Assembly: GCA_047605205.1 (NCBI GenBank)
Contig: JASGGE010000004.1
Span: 1,585 to 65,584 of the forward strand
Length of the DNA: 64,000 bases
Reading direction: 5' to 3'
Source of the DNA: Siphonobacter sp.
GTDB taxonomy: Bacteria > Bacteroidota > Bacteroidia > Cytophagales > Spirosomataceae
Shown in pieces: positions 49,752-58,531 of the stretch (within the stretch, counting starts at the first letter, position 1; every line of letters begins with the position of its first letter). The position numbers and the translations under genes were made by a program. The notes under the pieces were generated by a model that was given only the letters and a program-made list of their open reading frames with translations, made no database searches and was not told the DNA's origin.

Positions 49752-49939
49752 GAAAGCAATCAAAGTCCATCTCTATCATCAACTTGACATATATACCTAC
49801 CTGACATCCATATTCATTACACAAACGACTACTTCTATCATAATCATTAACAGCCGCATATATTAAGATATTTATTCATCCATGATATACCTTTGTAAGA
49901 ATATATACTTAACTTTGTACAGGATAAAATTTTTATCAG

Positions 49940-52126
49940 ATGGCCAATACATTAAGTCCCAGTGAAATATTTACCACAATAATTAAAAAAAGGATCCTTT
50001 ACGGCAACGCTCTGAGAAACACACAACAGAAGCTGTCTGTTACAAAGAATCTATTAGAATCAGTAGAGCAGGAAAAAAGGGAATTACTGGAATCAGTAAC
50101 AAATAATAATATCAAAGAAAAATTATTAAACATTAATATACATGAACTTATAAGTGCAATAAAAAACGAAGATCAAGATATAAACAGATACCTATCACGT
50201 TTTCTTAAAAAAACGATTAACGTAGGCGTGGTTGGTCTGGCAAGGCAAGGTAAAAGTCAGTTAATTAGTTCTCTAACAGGATTAGATGAAAGTACTATTC
50301 CAACAGGGAATTATGGCCATTGTATAGGAACCCGTAGCACTATCATTCACAGTAATACATCAGAATCATACGGAGAAGTATATTTCTATGACGAAAAATC
50401 ATTTATTGATAAAATAATTACTCCTTACTATAAAGAATTATTAGATTTAAAATATTTGCCAAAAAATATTGAAGAATTTGAAAAAATAAATTTAACTCCT
50501 TTACCTGAAAACAAACAGGAAAATTTAAGTAATAAATTAAAATACGAACGGCTTCAAACATATAAAAGTGAATTAAATAAATACAGGCATTTATTGTATG
50601 AAAATGGAACACGAAAAATATCAATAAATCAAATAAGGGAATATATAGCTCAGGATAATAAAAATGGAGAACGAATATATTATAATTATTTAGCCGTCAA
50701 AGAAATAAAGATATTTTGTGCCTTTCCTTATAAAGATATGGAAAACATTGCTTTCATTGATATGCCTGGATTAGGAGACACAGGTATTTTAAGTGAAAAT
50801 CAGCTCATGGAGGTCATAAGTAATGATATAGATATACTATTATTCACAAAAATGCCGTCAGGTATGGGTGATATATGGAAATCTCAGGAAATAGAATTAT
50901 ACGATACAATAAAAAAAACTGTAGCCGAAATACCTATAGAAACCTGGGGGTATTTATTAATGAATCATATTAAATCTGAATCTGTTAACGAAGATAATTT
51001 TAAAAATTGCAAGCAATTAATTAATGAACTCCCTGAAGAAATGGGATTTGTCAGTAATTTAATTGTTGATTTCTCAAATAAAGAAGAAGTACAAAATATA
51101 CTACAAAATCATATACTACAAGATGGCTTGAAAAAAATAAATTATATAGATGATTTATACATGAGTGATTTACAAAAAAAATTAACCCATTTAAAAGAAA
51201 AAGTTTCAACTCAAATAAATAACATTAAAATTATAAGCAATATGGAAACAGGTCAAAATCAATTCATATTTCATAATTTTAGCAAATTATTCAGAACTTT
51301 TTCAAAAAAATTATATATCGATCTGGAAGAATATTTAGAAGGATTCCGTGCACAAAAAGATTCTGCAAATGAGTGTATTATAGAATCTATCAGAATAGCA
51401 CAGGAAAGATCATACAAAAATACAGATATACCAACTATAGAGGAGATTGAAGAAACAAGAAATATACTTGGAAGTTATAAATCAGCATATGAATACTATC
51501 TTAACAATACAAGGGTTTGCCTTACTTATCATTTTCTTGAACTTGAAAATGGTCTAAACAAAGCAGTAGACATACACAAAAGAAATATTATAGAAATATT
51601 AAAAAATAAAGATCTACTGCATCAATTTAGTACAAAAAATGATGTAGAATTCTTAAATGAAATTATCAGTTCTTTATCTAATAATAATTGCACATTATTA
51701 TGTTTTTCATTTAAAATGCTAAAGAATTTCCAGTTACCATATCAGGGGTTATTTTATCATAGATTTAGAAAAAAACTTGATTGCCTCATTCCAGATTCAG
51801 GTATAGCAGAAATAAGTCCTAAGCCGAGTGCAAAAGAAGTTTTAGACGTTTTAACTGCAATGCATAATATGGTGTTAGAGAATTTGAAAAACGAATTGGA
51901 GTTATGGCCTTTTGAAGTAAATCAAATTCTATATGCTACAATTGAATATTTTTTATACAGCATACTCAGGGCACATAATATTATAGACGAATGGCAGGTT
52001 TTTTGCTTAACAAGCCGATCCAGAATTTGGCCAGAGCATTTTCAAGTATCTCCATTAAATAACGAATTAAAACAAAGCTGGAGAGCAAGAAGTGAATATC
52101 TGTCAGAGATAAATGAGTCTATATAA
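49940..52126 (+). CDS. Dynamin-like large GTPase
   Basis: N-terminal coiled coil; G1 GLARQGKS; G3 FIDMPGLGD ~165 aa later (dynamin-like spacing); G4-like MNHI; long helical C-terminal half; AT-rich codons. Confidence 0.75.
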   Translation: MANTLSPSEIFTTIIKKRILYGNALRNTQQKLSVTKNLLESVEQEKRELLESVTNNNIKEKLLNINIHELISAIKNEDQDINRYLSRFLKKTINVGVVGLARQGKSQLISSLTGLDESTIPTGNYGHCIGTRSTIIHSNTSESYGEVYFYDEKSFIDKIITPYYKELLDLKYLPKNIEEFEKINLTPLPENKQENLSNKLKYERLQTYKSELNKYRHLLYENGTRKISINQIREYIAQDNKNGERIYYNYLAVKEIKIFCAFPYKDMENIAFIDMPGLGDTGILSENQLMEVISNDIDILLFTKMPSGMGDIWKSQEIELYDTIKKTVAEIPIETWGYLLMNHIKSESVNEDNFKNCKQLINELPEEMGFVSNLIVDFSNKEEVQNILQNHILQDGLKKINYIDDLYMSDLQKKLTHLKEKVSTQINNIKIISNMETGQNQFIFHNFSKLFRTFSKKLYIDLEEYLEGFRAQKDSANECIIESIRIAQERSYKNTDIPTIEEIEETRNILGSYKSAYEYYLNNTRVCLTYHFLELENGLNKAVDIHKRNIIEILKNKDLLHQFSTKNDVEFLNEIISSLSNNNCTLLCFSFKMLKNFQLPYQGLFYHRFRKKLDCLIPDSGIAEISPKPSAKEVLDVLTAMHNMVLENLKNELELWPFEVNQILYATIEYFLYSILRAHNIIDEWQVFCLTSRSRIWPEHFQVSPLNNELKQSWRARSEYLSEINESI

Positions 52127-53153
52127 ATTTATGATATGTATGAAGAAAAAATTTGATATCACTGTTATTGGCTCCGAACGAGTAGGTAAAACAAGTTTAT
52201 TGTCTTCTATCAATAGTCAGTTTAGTAAAACTTTAGAAGACAATTTCCTAGAAGTAACGCCCTTATCTGACAAGGATTTATCATTGGAAAATAACATTAA
52301 AGATCTGAAAAAAGCCTTTAATACCAACACACAAATACCTCTAAATAATGCTGATGTTGTTCTAGGTACCGAAATTGATATTAACAGCACAATGTATGAT
52401 TATCAATATAATTTCCTTGTCGGACTTAAAGATAAAAAACCAAAAATTGAGTTATCATTTATAGATTACCCCGGAGAGCAGCTTTTAAATAATAGGAATA
52501 AAGTAATAGAACGCATTAAGAAATGCTCCGTTACTATAATCGCAATTGATACTCCTGCATTAATGTTTAAATCTGCTAAAGAAAATCAAATAGATTTTCA
52601 TAAAAAGAAAAACTTACTAGCAGATGACTCGGGAGAAAATAGCATAATAGAAGCAATATTCAGAGAATCATATAAGGACTTAGAAGAAAACAAATTGGTG
52701 ATTCTATCACCTGTAAAATGTGAAAAATGGATGGGTGATTCGTCTAAGATAATGCATGAAAATATCAAATCTGGTTATAAAAATCTTCTAGATTTTTTTT
52801 CAAATGCTCTTGTTAAAGACAAAGTTGCAGTCATTATTGCTCCGATAGAAACCCTTGGAAATATATTCTATGTCTATATGGAAAATCAGGATACCTATTC
52901 TCCAAAATTCATCAAAGAAAGCATATGGTCAAAATATAATCCCAGAAATTCGGATACAATTTTAAACTATATAATGTGCTTTATCTTAAAAAGATATATA
53001 GACAAACCAGGTATATGGTATGAATGGTTTGGTGTTCCTAAGCCTTTTATAAAAGCATTTCATTCATTCAGAAAAAAACTAGAACCTGATGCCTTGTCTG
53101 TTAATGCCAAAAGTGGATTCTGCATTCTACAGGGAGAAGAATTATTTATCTAA
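52113..53153 (+). CDS. TRAFAC-class GTPase domain protein
   Basis: G1 GSERVGKTS, G2-like GTE, G3 DYPGE, AIDTPALM, G4-like PVKCE. Overlaps the upstream gene by 14 nt (alternative ATG at 52140). Confidence 0.75.
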   Translation: MSLYKFMICMKKKFDITVIGSERVGKTSLLSSINSQFSKTLEDNFLEVTPLSDKDLSLENNIKDLKKAFNTNTQIPLNNADVVLGTEIDINSTMYDYQYNFLVGLKDKKPKIELSFIDYPGEQLLNNRNKVIERIKKCSVTIIAIDTPALMFKSAKENQIDFHKKKNLLADDSGENSIIEAIFRESYKDLEENKLVILSPVKCEKWMGDSSKIMHENIKSGYKNLLDFFSNALVKDKVAVIIAPIETLGNIFYVYMENQDTYSPKFIKESIWSKYNPRNSDTILNYIMCFILKRYIDKPGIWYEWFGVPKPFIKAFHSFRKKLEPDALSVNAKSGFCILQGEELFI

Positions 53154-53289
53154 ACTGTTTGCTATAATACTCAATTGTTCGGTTTGAAAGCATTGTATAA
53201 GTTACTGAATAGTTTTTGAGGTGAGTCAAAAAGATTGACTATAGAAAACATCCAATAATGGTGTAATGAATCTGAATTGATTTTGAAAG

Positions 53290-53830
53290 GGTGGGCATTT
53301 AAATTGAATCCAGAGCATCTTGATAGACCAAGGTGACCATCCCATCAAGAATCTTTGATCTATAAGTTTAAAAGTAATCCCTGGCTCAAGTAGCAAATCT
53401 TATAAGCACCTGAAAGTTTGATTAGGATACTCTCCAAACAAAAAAAGTAGCGTCTTCTATCAGCAGCAAAGGCCGACCGTTAAAATCCGGCATTGTTTTG
53501 TTTCTTCTTACCTACATTAGGTTCAGCTCTCGTAGATTTTGATGCCGATTATTAAATTTTTATAGCAAAAAAGCTCATGGTTAATATAAACAATATCTCT
53601 GCTTTGTTTTGAAATAACTAGTAATTGTACATACCTTATCCTCAACATACGAGCAGCATATCGTACTCCGCTTCCGTTAAAAACCATCTGAATAATTTTA
53701 GGCAATTATAGTTATTCTTCCATAAGTAGAAATCAAAGAATATAAGGTAGCATCCTGCACTATTTCACGATAGAGTGTATTAAAGTGCACTATCATATCT
53801 ATTATGCGTGAGTTTCCATGATTTGAGGTA
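53290..53830 (-). mobile_element. Decayed IS1-family transposase (InsA/InsB relic)
   Basis: InsA-like KIIQMVFNGSGVRYAARMLRI, then broken InsB-like pieces NVGKKKQ and LFGEYPNQTFRCL*DLLLEPGI. Ends approximate; no terminal IRs identified. Confidence 0.7.
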
Positions 53831-53938
53831 GTCATTTTCGACTATCTGTTCACTATTACTAGACTATTGAAATTATCTGTCTAAATCAGGAAATTAATCC
53901 GTTAATCAAGCATCATTCAATTTGAAAATGGGTATTAT

Positions 53939-56569
53939 TTAGAATTTAAAACTCATTCTAAATAACAAAAGTCTGCCTCTTAATAAATAGCTAGATTGGT
54001 AAAACTGATTATTGGTAATAGAAATGTATTCAAATCTCTTTGTATTAAATATATTGGAAGACTCAATTTCAAATTCAGTTCTAAGTTTAGAAGGCAGATA
54101 CTTAAATTTAATATCAGCAAAAAAAAAGTTTGTATTAAATTGCGATTTATTAATCTGCTGAGAGGTTTGAATAGTTACATTAAAAGGAGCATTTGGTGTT
54201 AATATAAATGAACATGAATTAGTTATTGAATTAAATTTGTTTTTTTTACTTATGATATTATTATCATTGCTATTAAATTTACTAGTAATAGAAGAGAATA
54301 CCCCTAAATAAGAGATTGACAGATAATCAATTGGACTTATCATACATGTAATTCTAGAATTAAACCAGTTATTCACATATGGAGAAAAAACATTATTAAT
54401 AAATTGATTGGATGAGCTTTTTGAAAAATTAAATTTACCTTCCAATTTAGCTTTCAAAGGGAAAATATATTTACTAATAGAAGTAGTATACCCAATTGTT
54501 GAATAATGATTTTGATACGGCAATAAAACAGATTTAACAACAGTATTATAATATTCATTACTGTAAGTAGAATTAGTTTTACTAAATTTATAAGAAACTC
54601 CTAATGATAGGTTCAGTAGATTAACATGATTGTTAAAATCATATGAAATTGACATATTATTTTCTGTTGTTTTTTGCAGATTATTCCCATTCATTTTGAA
54701 TTCTTTAAAACTTGTTAGTATACCTCCTCTATAAATATCAGTAATTGAGCCAAAATCGTTATTTTTAGAATATTTAAATGTGATTATATTCTTTCTATTA
54801 AGAAAGTATTGAAAAAATAAATCTGGATTTACAAAAAAATCATTCGTATAATAAGTAAGTGAGTATAAATATTGTTTATGATAAATTTGCTGTAAAATAA
54901 AAGGAAGGGAAAACCTAAATTTTAAATATGGCTGTTGAATTACCAGACCAACACTTAAATATTCACGATTTTTTTTCCATAAAATATCATTCCCAAAATC
55001 ACCCGTATAAGCATAAGTAGAATGATTGGACTGCTCTAAATTAAGAATTGAATTAAAGTTTTGAAATTCGTTTATACTTCCTAGAAGAATGGATTTTTGT
55101 AAAAATTGTTTTTTCTTAATGGAAAATGATACAGACAGATCACTTGTAATTACTTTCCTTGAAACATCTTGAAATGTTGATTTATATCCTATTCCATTAT
55201 TTAATAATGAACTATCGACACCAGGACTAACAAATAATGATTGAGGTAATTTTTGATATTTAAAGTTATGCTTTATTTCATAACCAAATACTGACTTTGT
55301 GTAAGGTATCCAATGAAAGCTATTCGACGTTTTATTAAAAAAATTATTAGTTATCTGTTTTAATGGATTAAAATTAAAATCAAGAAAACTGGTGCTATTA
55401 TCTTTTTCAAAACTTAATGACAACTTATTTACAAAATAGTTCGATGATTTGTTTTGAGTAATAGTAAGTGAAGACGTAAGAATATTACTCTTTCTAAGAA
55501 CATCTTGATTTTCATAATATATAACTGTATCATTACTGACGAAGTTCTTATTTATCAAACTATAATAAATTTTACTGTTTTCATAATTATATTGAACATT
55601 AGCCCTGACTTGAATAGAATCATTAAATGATTTTAATACACTGGCACTTCCAATGAACGAATTATTATTATTAATGTATTTTTCCGGAATGACTGGGTTT
55701 TTAACCACAGCATCACCTAAAACATCATTAAATTTTCCAGCAAAAAAAGATTTACCCGTATTATTATATTTGGTAGTTATTAGCGTTTTAATTTTTTTAT
55801 TAAACATCATTGCACTAATATCATCATCTGTTAATAAAGGAGCACCAATTGCTAACATTGACAGACCAGAAATTTTTATTTGGTTTTCATTTTCCAAAAT
55901 CAAATTGACCGCTACATCATCAGTAATCTTTTTTCCTTTTAGTACATTAATTGGTTGAAAACGTTCAATAATTTCAATATTCTTAATCATTTCTTTTGAG
56001 ATAGACTTTGTGCCAATACCATAATTGTCTTCCAGTAAATCATCTCCATGTATATACAGGCCTGAAATTTCTCTATCTTTGTATTTTATTTTACCATCAT
56101 CCAATACAGTAATATTTGGAATACGAGATAAAACGTCACCAATACTTCTGTCCGTTTTATTAGAAAAAGCTTCAACATTATATGTTGTTGTATCTCCTGA
56201 ATGTTTAACTTTTAATGTTTCCTTTACTACAACTTCCTTTATTGTCGTTTCTTGCGGAGTAAGGCGAAAGACATATTCTTTTTTATCATTTGTAATGAGA
56301 ACCCGGCTTTCCGCATACCCTAAAAATCTAACAACAATAGTTAAATTTTTTAAATTGTCGTTTATTTTTAAAGAAAATGTTCCATTCTTATCACTAATTT
56401 TAAATTGTATTACTTTATTATTATCGTTTACAATTGAAATTGTTGCTCCGAATAAGGGTTCTCCCAATTCATTTTTAACTGATCCGTAAATTTCAAGTGA
56501 TTGAGAGAATGAATCGAAAAAAAATAAAAAGCAAAATAATGATACTACTATTTTCATACTATAGTTCAT
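53939..56569 (-). CDS. Outer-membrane beta-barrel protein (TonB-receptor-like) with carboxypeptidase-regulatory-like N-terminal domain
   Basis: Signal peptide, VRFLGY, IKEVVVK, GDTTTYNV..F....DR.IGDVL..IP, C-terminal aromatic FKF. Confidence 0.82.
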   Translation of the reverse strand: MNYSMKIVVSLFCFLFFFDSFSQSLEIYGSVKNELGEPLFGATISIVNDNNKVIQFKISDKNGTFSLKINDNLKNLTIVVRFLGYAESRVLITNDKKEYVFRLTPQETTIKEVVVKETLKVKHSGDTTTYNVEAFSNKTDRSIGDVLSRIPNITVLDDGKIKYKDREISGLYIHGDDLLEDNYGIGTKSISKEMIKNIEIIERFQPINVLKGKKITDDVAVNLILENENQIKISGLSMLAIGAPLLTDDDISAMMFNKKIKTLITTKYNNTGKSFFAGKFNDVLGDAVVKNPVIPEKYINNNNSFIGSASVLKSFNDSIQVRANVQYNYENSKIYYSLINKNFVSNDTVIYYENQDVLRKSNILTSSLTITQNKSSNYFVNKLSLSFEKDNSTSFLDFNFNPLKQITNNFFNKTSNSFHWIPYTKSVFGYEIKHNFKYQKLPQSLFVSPGVDSSLLNNGIGYKSTFQDVSRKVITSDLSVSFSIKKKQFLQKSILLGSINEFQNFNSILNLEQSNHSTYAYTGDFGNDILWKKNREYLSVGLVIQQPYLKFRFSLPFILQQIYHKQYLYSLTYYTNDFFVNPDLFFQYFLNRKNIITFKYSKNNDFGSITDIYRGGILTSFKEFKMNGNNLQKTTENNMSISYDFNNHVNLLNLSLGVSYKFSKTNSTYSNEYYNTVVKSVLLPYQNHYSTIGYTTSISKYIFPLKAKLEGKFNFSKSSSNQFINNVFSPYVNNWFNSRITCMISPIDYLSISYLGVFSSITSKFNSNDNNIISKKNKFNSITNSCSFILTPNAPFNVTIQTSQQINKSQFNTNFFFADIKFKYLPSKLRTEFEIESSNIFNTKRFEYISITNNQFYQSSYLLRGRLLLFRMSFKF

Positions 56570-56609
56570 TTATACTATTAGCTAATTGTAGTTCATAAAA
56601 ATCAAATGA

Positions 56610-57542
56610 TTAATTGTCAAGTATTTCAATGGGGTTGGTAATTCTAATTTTTGAGTGTGTTTTAATGGCATTAATGGCTTTGCCATCTTTCAAAATTGTT
56701 CCATCAAAATCTTCATATTGTATACTCTTAACTACTTCATCAGAACGTAACTGAGATTTATGAATTGAAACTGGATCTTTGAAATAGCGTTCTTTTTCCT
56801 TTTCAAATTCTTTTTCACTTACCAGTTTTGGTCTTAGTGCTTCATAATATAAAAAACGATTTTTTTTCGGACTCGGTAACATTTTCGTCATGACAAACTT
56901 TACTTCATTTTTGCTATCCGTTACTTCTAAAATCAAGCCAGGAAGCCCGCCCAGTTTCCACGGTCCATACGGAAAAGGGATAGATGGAGCAAACCAGGCA
57001 GTATACTGCCTCCCTGCAAAAAAACAGGTTGCTTTCTGGCATTCAATTTTTCCTATATTTTTTGTATCGCTAGCAATTTCCCATTGTATATCAGGAACAG
57101 GTATCTGTACTTTGAAATCATTATATCCTATTGAACAAATCATTACGAACGTATTTGAGTCATAAAAACGAAACAACCTTTCATTAAATGCAAGTCTGTT
57201 TTCAATATCAAGTGTTACAGCTTGCACTCCCCGGGAAGCCCATTCAGCTTCCATTTTCTTAATTTGGTCAGAAGTTAATTTAGGCGGGTTAAGGGTCTCC
57301 TCTGGAAGTGGAGAAGTATTATCAAATCTTGCGTTTGAGAATCGGGTTCTTGTTTGCCCTATCATCAGAATCGAACTGGTGTGAAATTGTTTTAACGTAT
57401 CCTTTTTATCATATTTATGTATGCAGTCATAATATACTCTTAGAAGTAACGTATCCTGTTCTATAGTATTAAATTGTGCCATTCCCGGTATGCACATGGT
57501 TACCAGAAAAAATAAATAAAGAAGCAAGAGACTGATTTTCAT
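56610..57542 (-). CDS. GLPGLI family protein
   Basis: Signal peptide; W.I..DTK.IG...CQKAT..FAGR.YTAWF...IP...GPWKLGGLPGLILE; NPIE at the C-terminus. Confidence 0.93.
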   Translation of the reverse strand: MKISLLLLYLFFLVTMCIPGMAQFNTIEQDTLLLRVYYDCIHKYDKKDTLKQFHTSSILMIGQTRTRFSNARFDNTSPLPEETLNPPKLTSDQIKKMEAEWASRGVQAVTLDIENRLAFNERLFRFYDSNTFVMICSIGYNDFKVQIPVPDIQWEIASDTKNIGKIECQKATCFFAGRQYTAWFAPSIPFPYGPWKLGGLPGLILEVTDSKNEVKFVMTKMLPSPKKNRFLYYEALRPKLVSEKEFEKEKERYFKDPVSIHKSQLRSDEVVKSIQYEDFDGTILKDGKAINAIKTHSKIRITNPIEILDN

Positions 57543-57551
57543 GCGATTGTT

Positions 57552-57860
57552 TTATTTATTCATGATTGTTAAATAATTTTTTAATACTTTTTTATTTCGA
57601 ATCGGATTTCCCGTGCCTATTACATGGTAATTACTGTCGGTTAATACGGTGTTATCTATTTCCGGGTTAGTAAATATTGAATTATGCTTAATAAAGAGAT
57701 TATTGGTATCTAGTAAATACGTTATTATCAATATTTAATTTACTTTGTATAGATTAAGAGATCTATCGTTGGTATAATTGGCCCAATTTAGCACAGTAAC
57801 ATCACTACTATTTTAAACATATTTCAGCTCAATCACTTTCCATATTAACACAATCTGTTT
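57552..57860 (-). pseudogene. Decayed gene resembling Bacteroidota thioredoxin-like cluster proteins
   Basis: One frame with two internal stops: WKVIELKYV*NSSDVTVL...KVN*ILIITYLLDTNNLFIKHN...TVLTDSNYHVIGTGNPIRNKKVLKNYLTIMNK*. Confidence 0.5.
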
Positions 57861-57962
57861 TTTCTACTTTTTAAATGCCTTGCAAAGCTTCTGACCAGAA
57901 TTAAATTTGCTCAGCAAATATATAGGCATAACCCATAAATACAAACAGTCAATATCCCTCAA

Positions 57963-58235
57963 TTATTTAGGGGTTTCCCCCCTATTTTTAGGGTTGAATA
58001 ATATCTCTAGCTCTGGTTTTAGTTGCTGGGCCAGTATTACCAAGACCCTCCGGTCCCCTTTTTTGTTTAGCTTAGCCAGCATATTCCTACGATGATTTTC
58101 AATGGTTTTTTCCGAGAGACATAACAGGTCTGCCATTTGGCCCGTTGTTTTTTGATCTGAAATATGATACAATATCCGAAGTTCCTGTCGGGTGAAAAGA
58201 CTAAAAATACTTAACATACAAATTGTATTTATCAA
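57963..58235 (-). CDS. Stand-alone LuxR-type HTH regulator
   Basis: FTRQELRIL..I....TT.QMAD.L.LSEKTIENHRRNM..KL. Start may be the second Met (58217). Confidence 0.85.
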   Translation of the reverse strand: MINTICMLSIFSLFTRQELRILYHISDQKTTGQMADLLCLSEKTIENHRRNMLAKLNKKGDRRVLVILAQQLKPELEILFNPKNRGETPK

Positions 58236-58531
58236 ATGAAAACAACTTATTACTACCTTATATCAATTTGAAATGAAAAATGTAACCTCCCGCATTCGTG
58301 TTTTTTCAAAAAAATTTTACAAACATCTGATATTCAATAAAGTATTTTACTCTAAAAAATCGCTTTTCAGCTGTAGTTTTTATCCGGAAATCCGTCTTTC
58401 ATTTGTATTTTTCCTAGTTCAGCCAAGGTTATTCCCGCTTGTCTGGTTTACTGCCATCCATCCTAAAAATCCCCATTTCTGAACTATACCGTTAGGTACG
58501 CCGTTTTAAGAATTCAGGCAACTCCCTCTTT

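Noticed and set aside
49940-53153. Calling the GTPase pair Eleos/LeoABC, CrfC or McrBC
   Set aside because: Only one gene is dynamin-like, the second is a different GTPase class, and there are no AAA+ or nuclease motifs. A name cannot be supported without profile searches.
58273-58482. 69-aa plus-strand ORF
   Set aside because: Low-complexity F/K-rich translation of the divergent promoter region between LuxR and the phosphoesterase gene.
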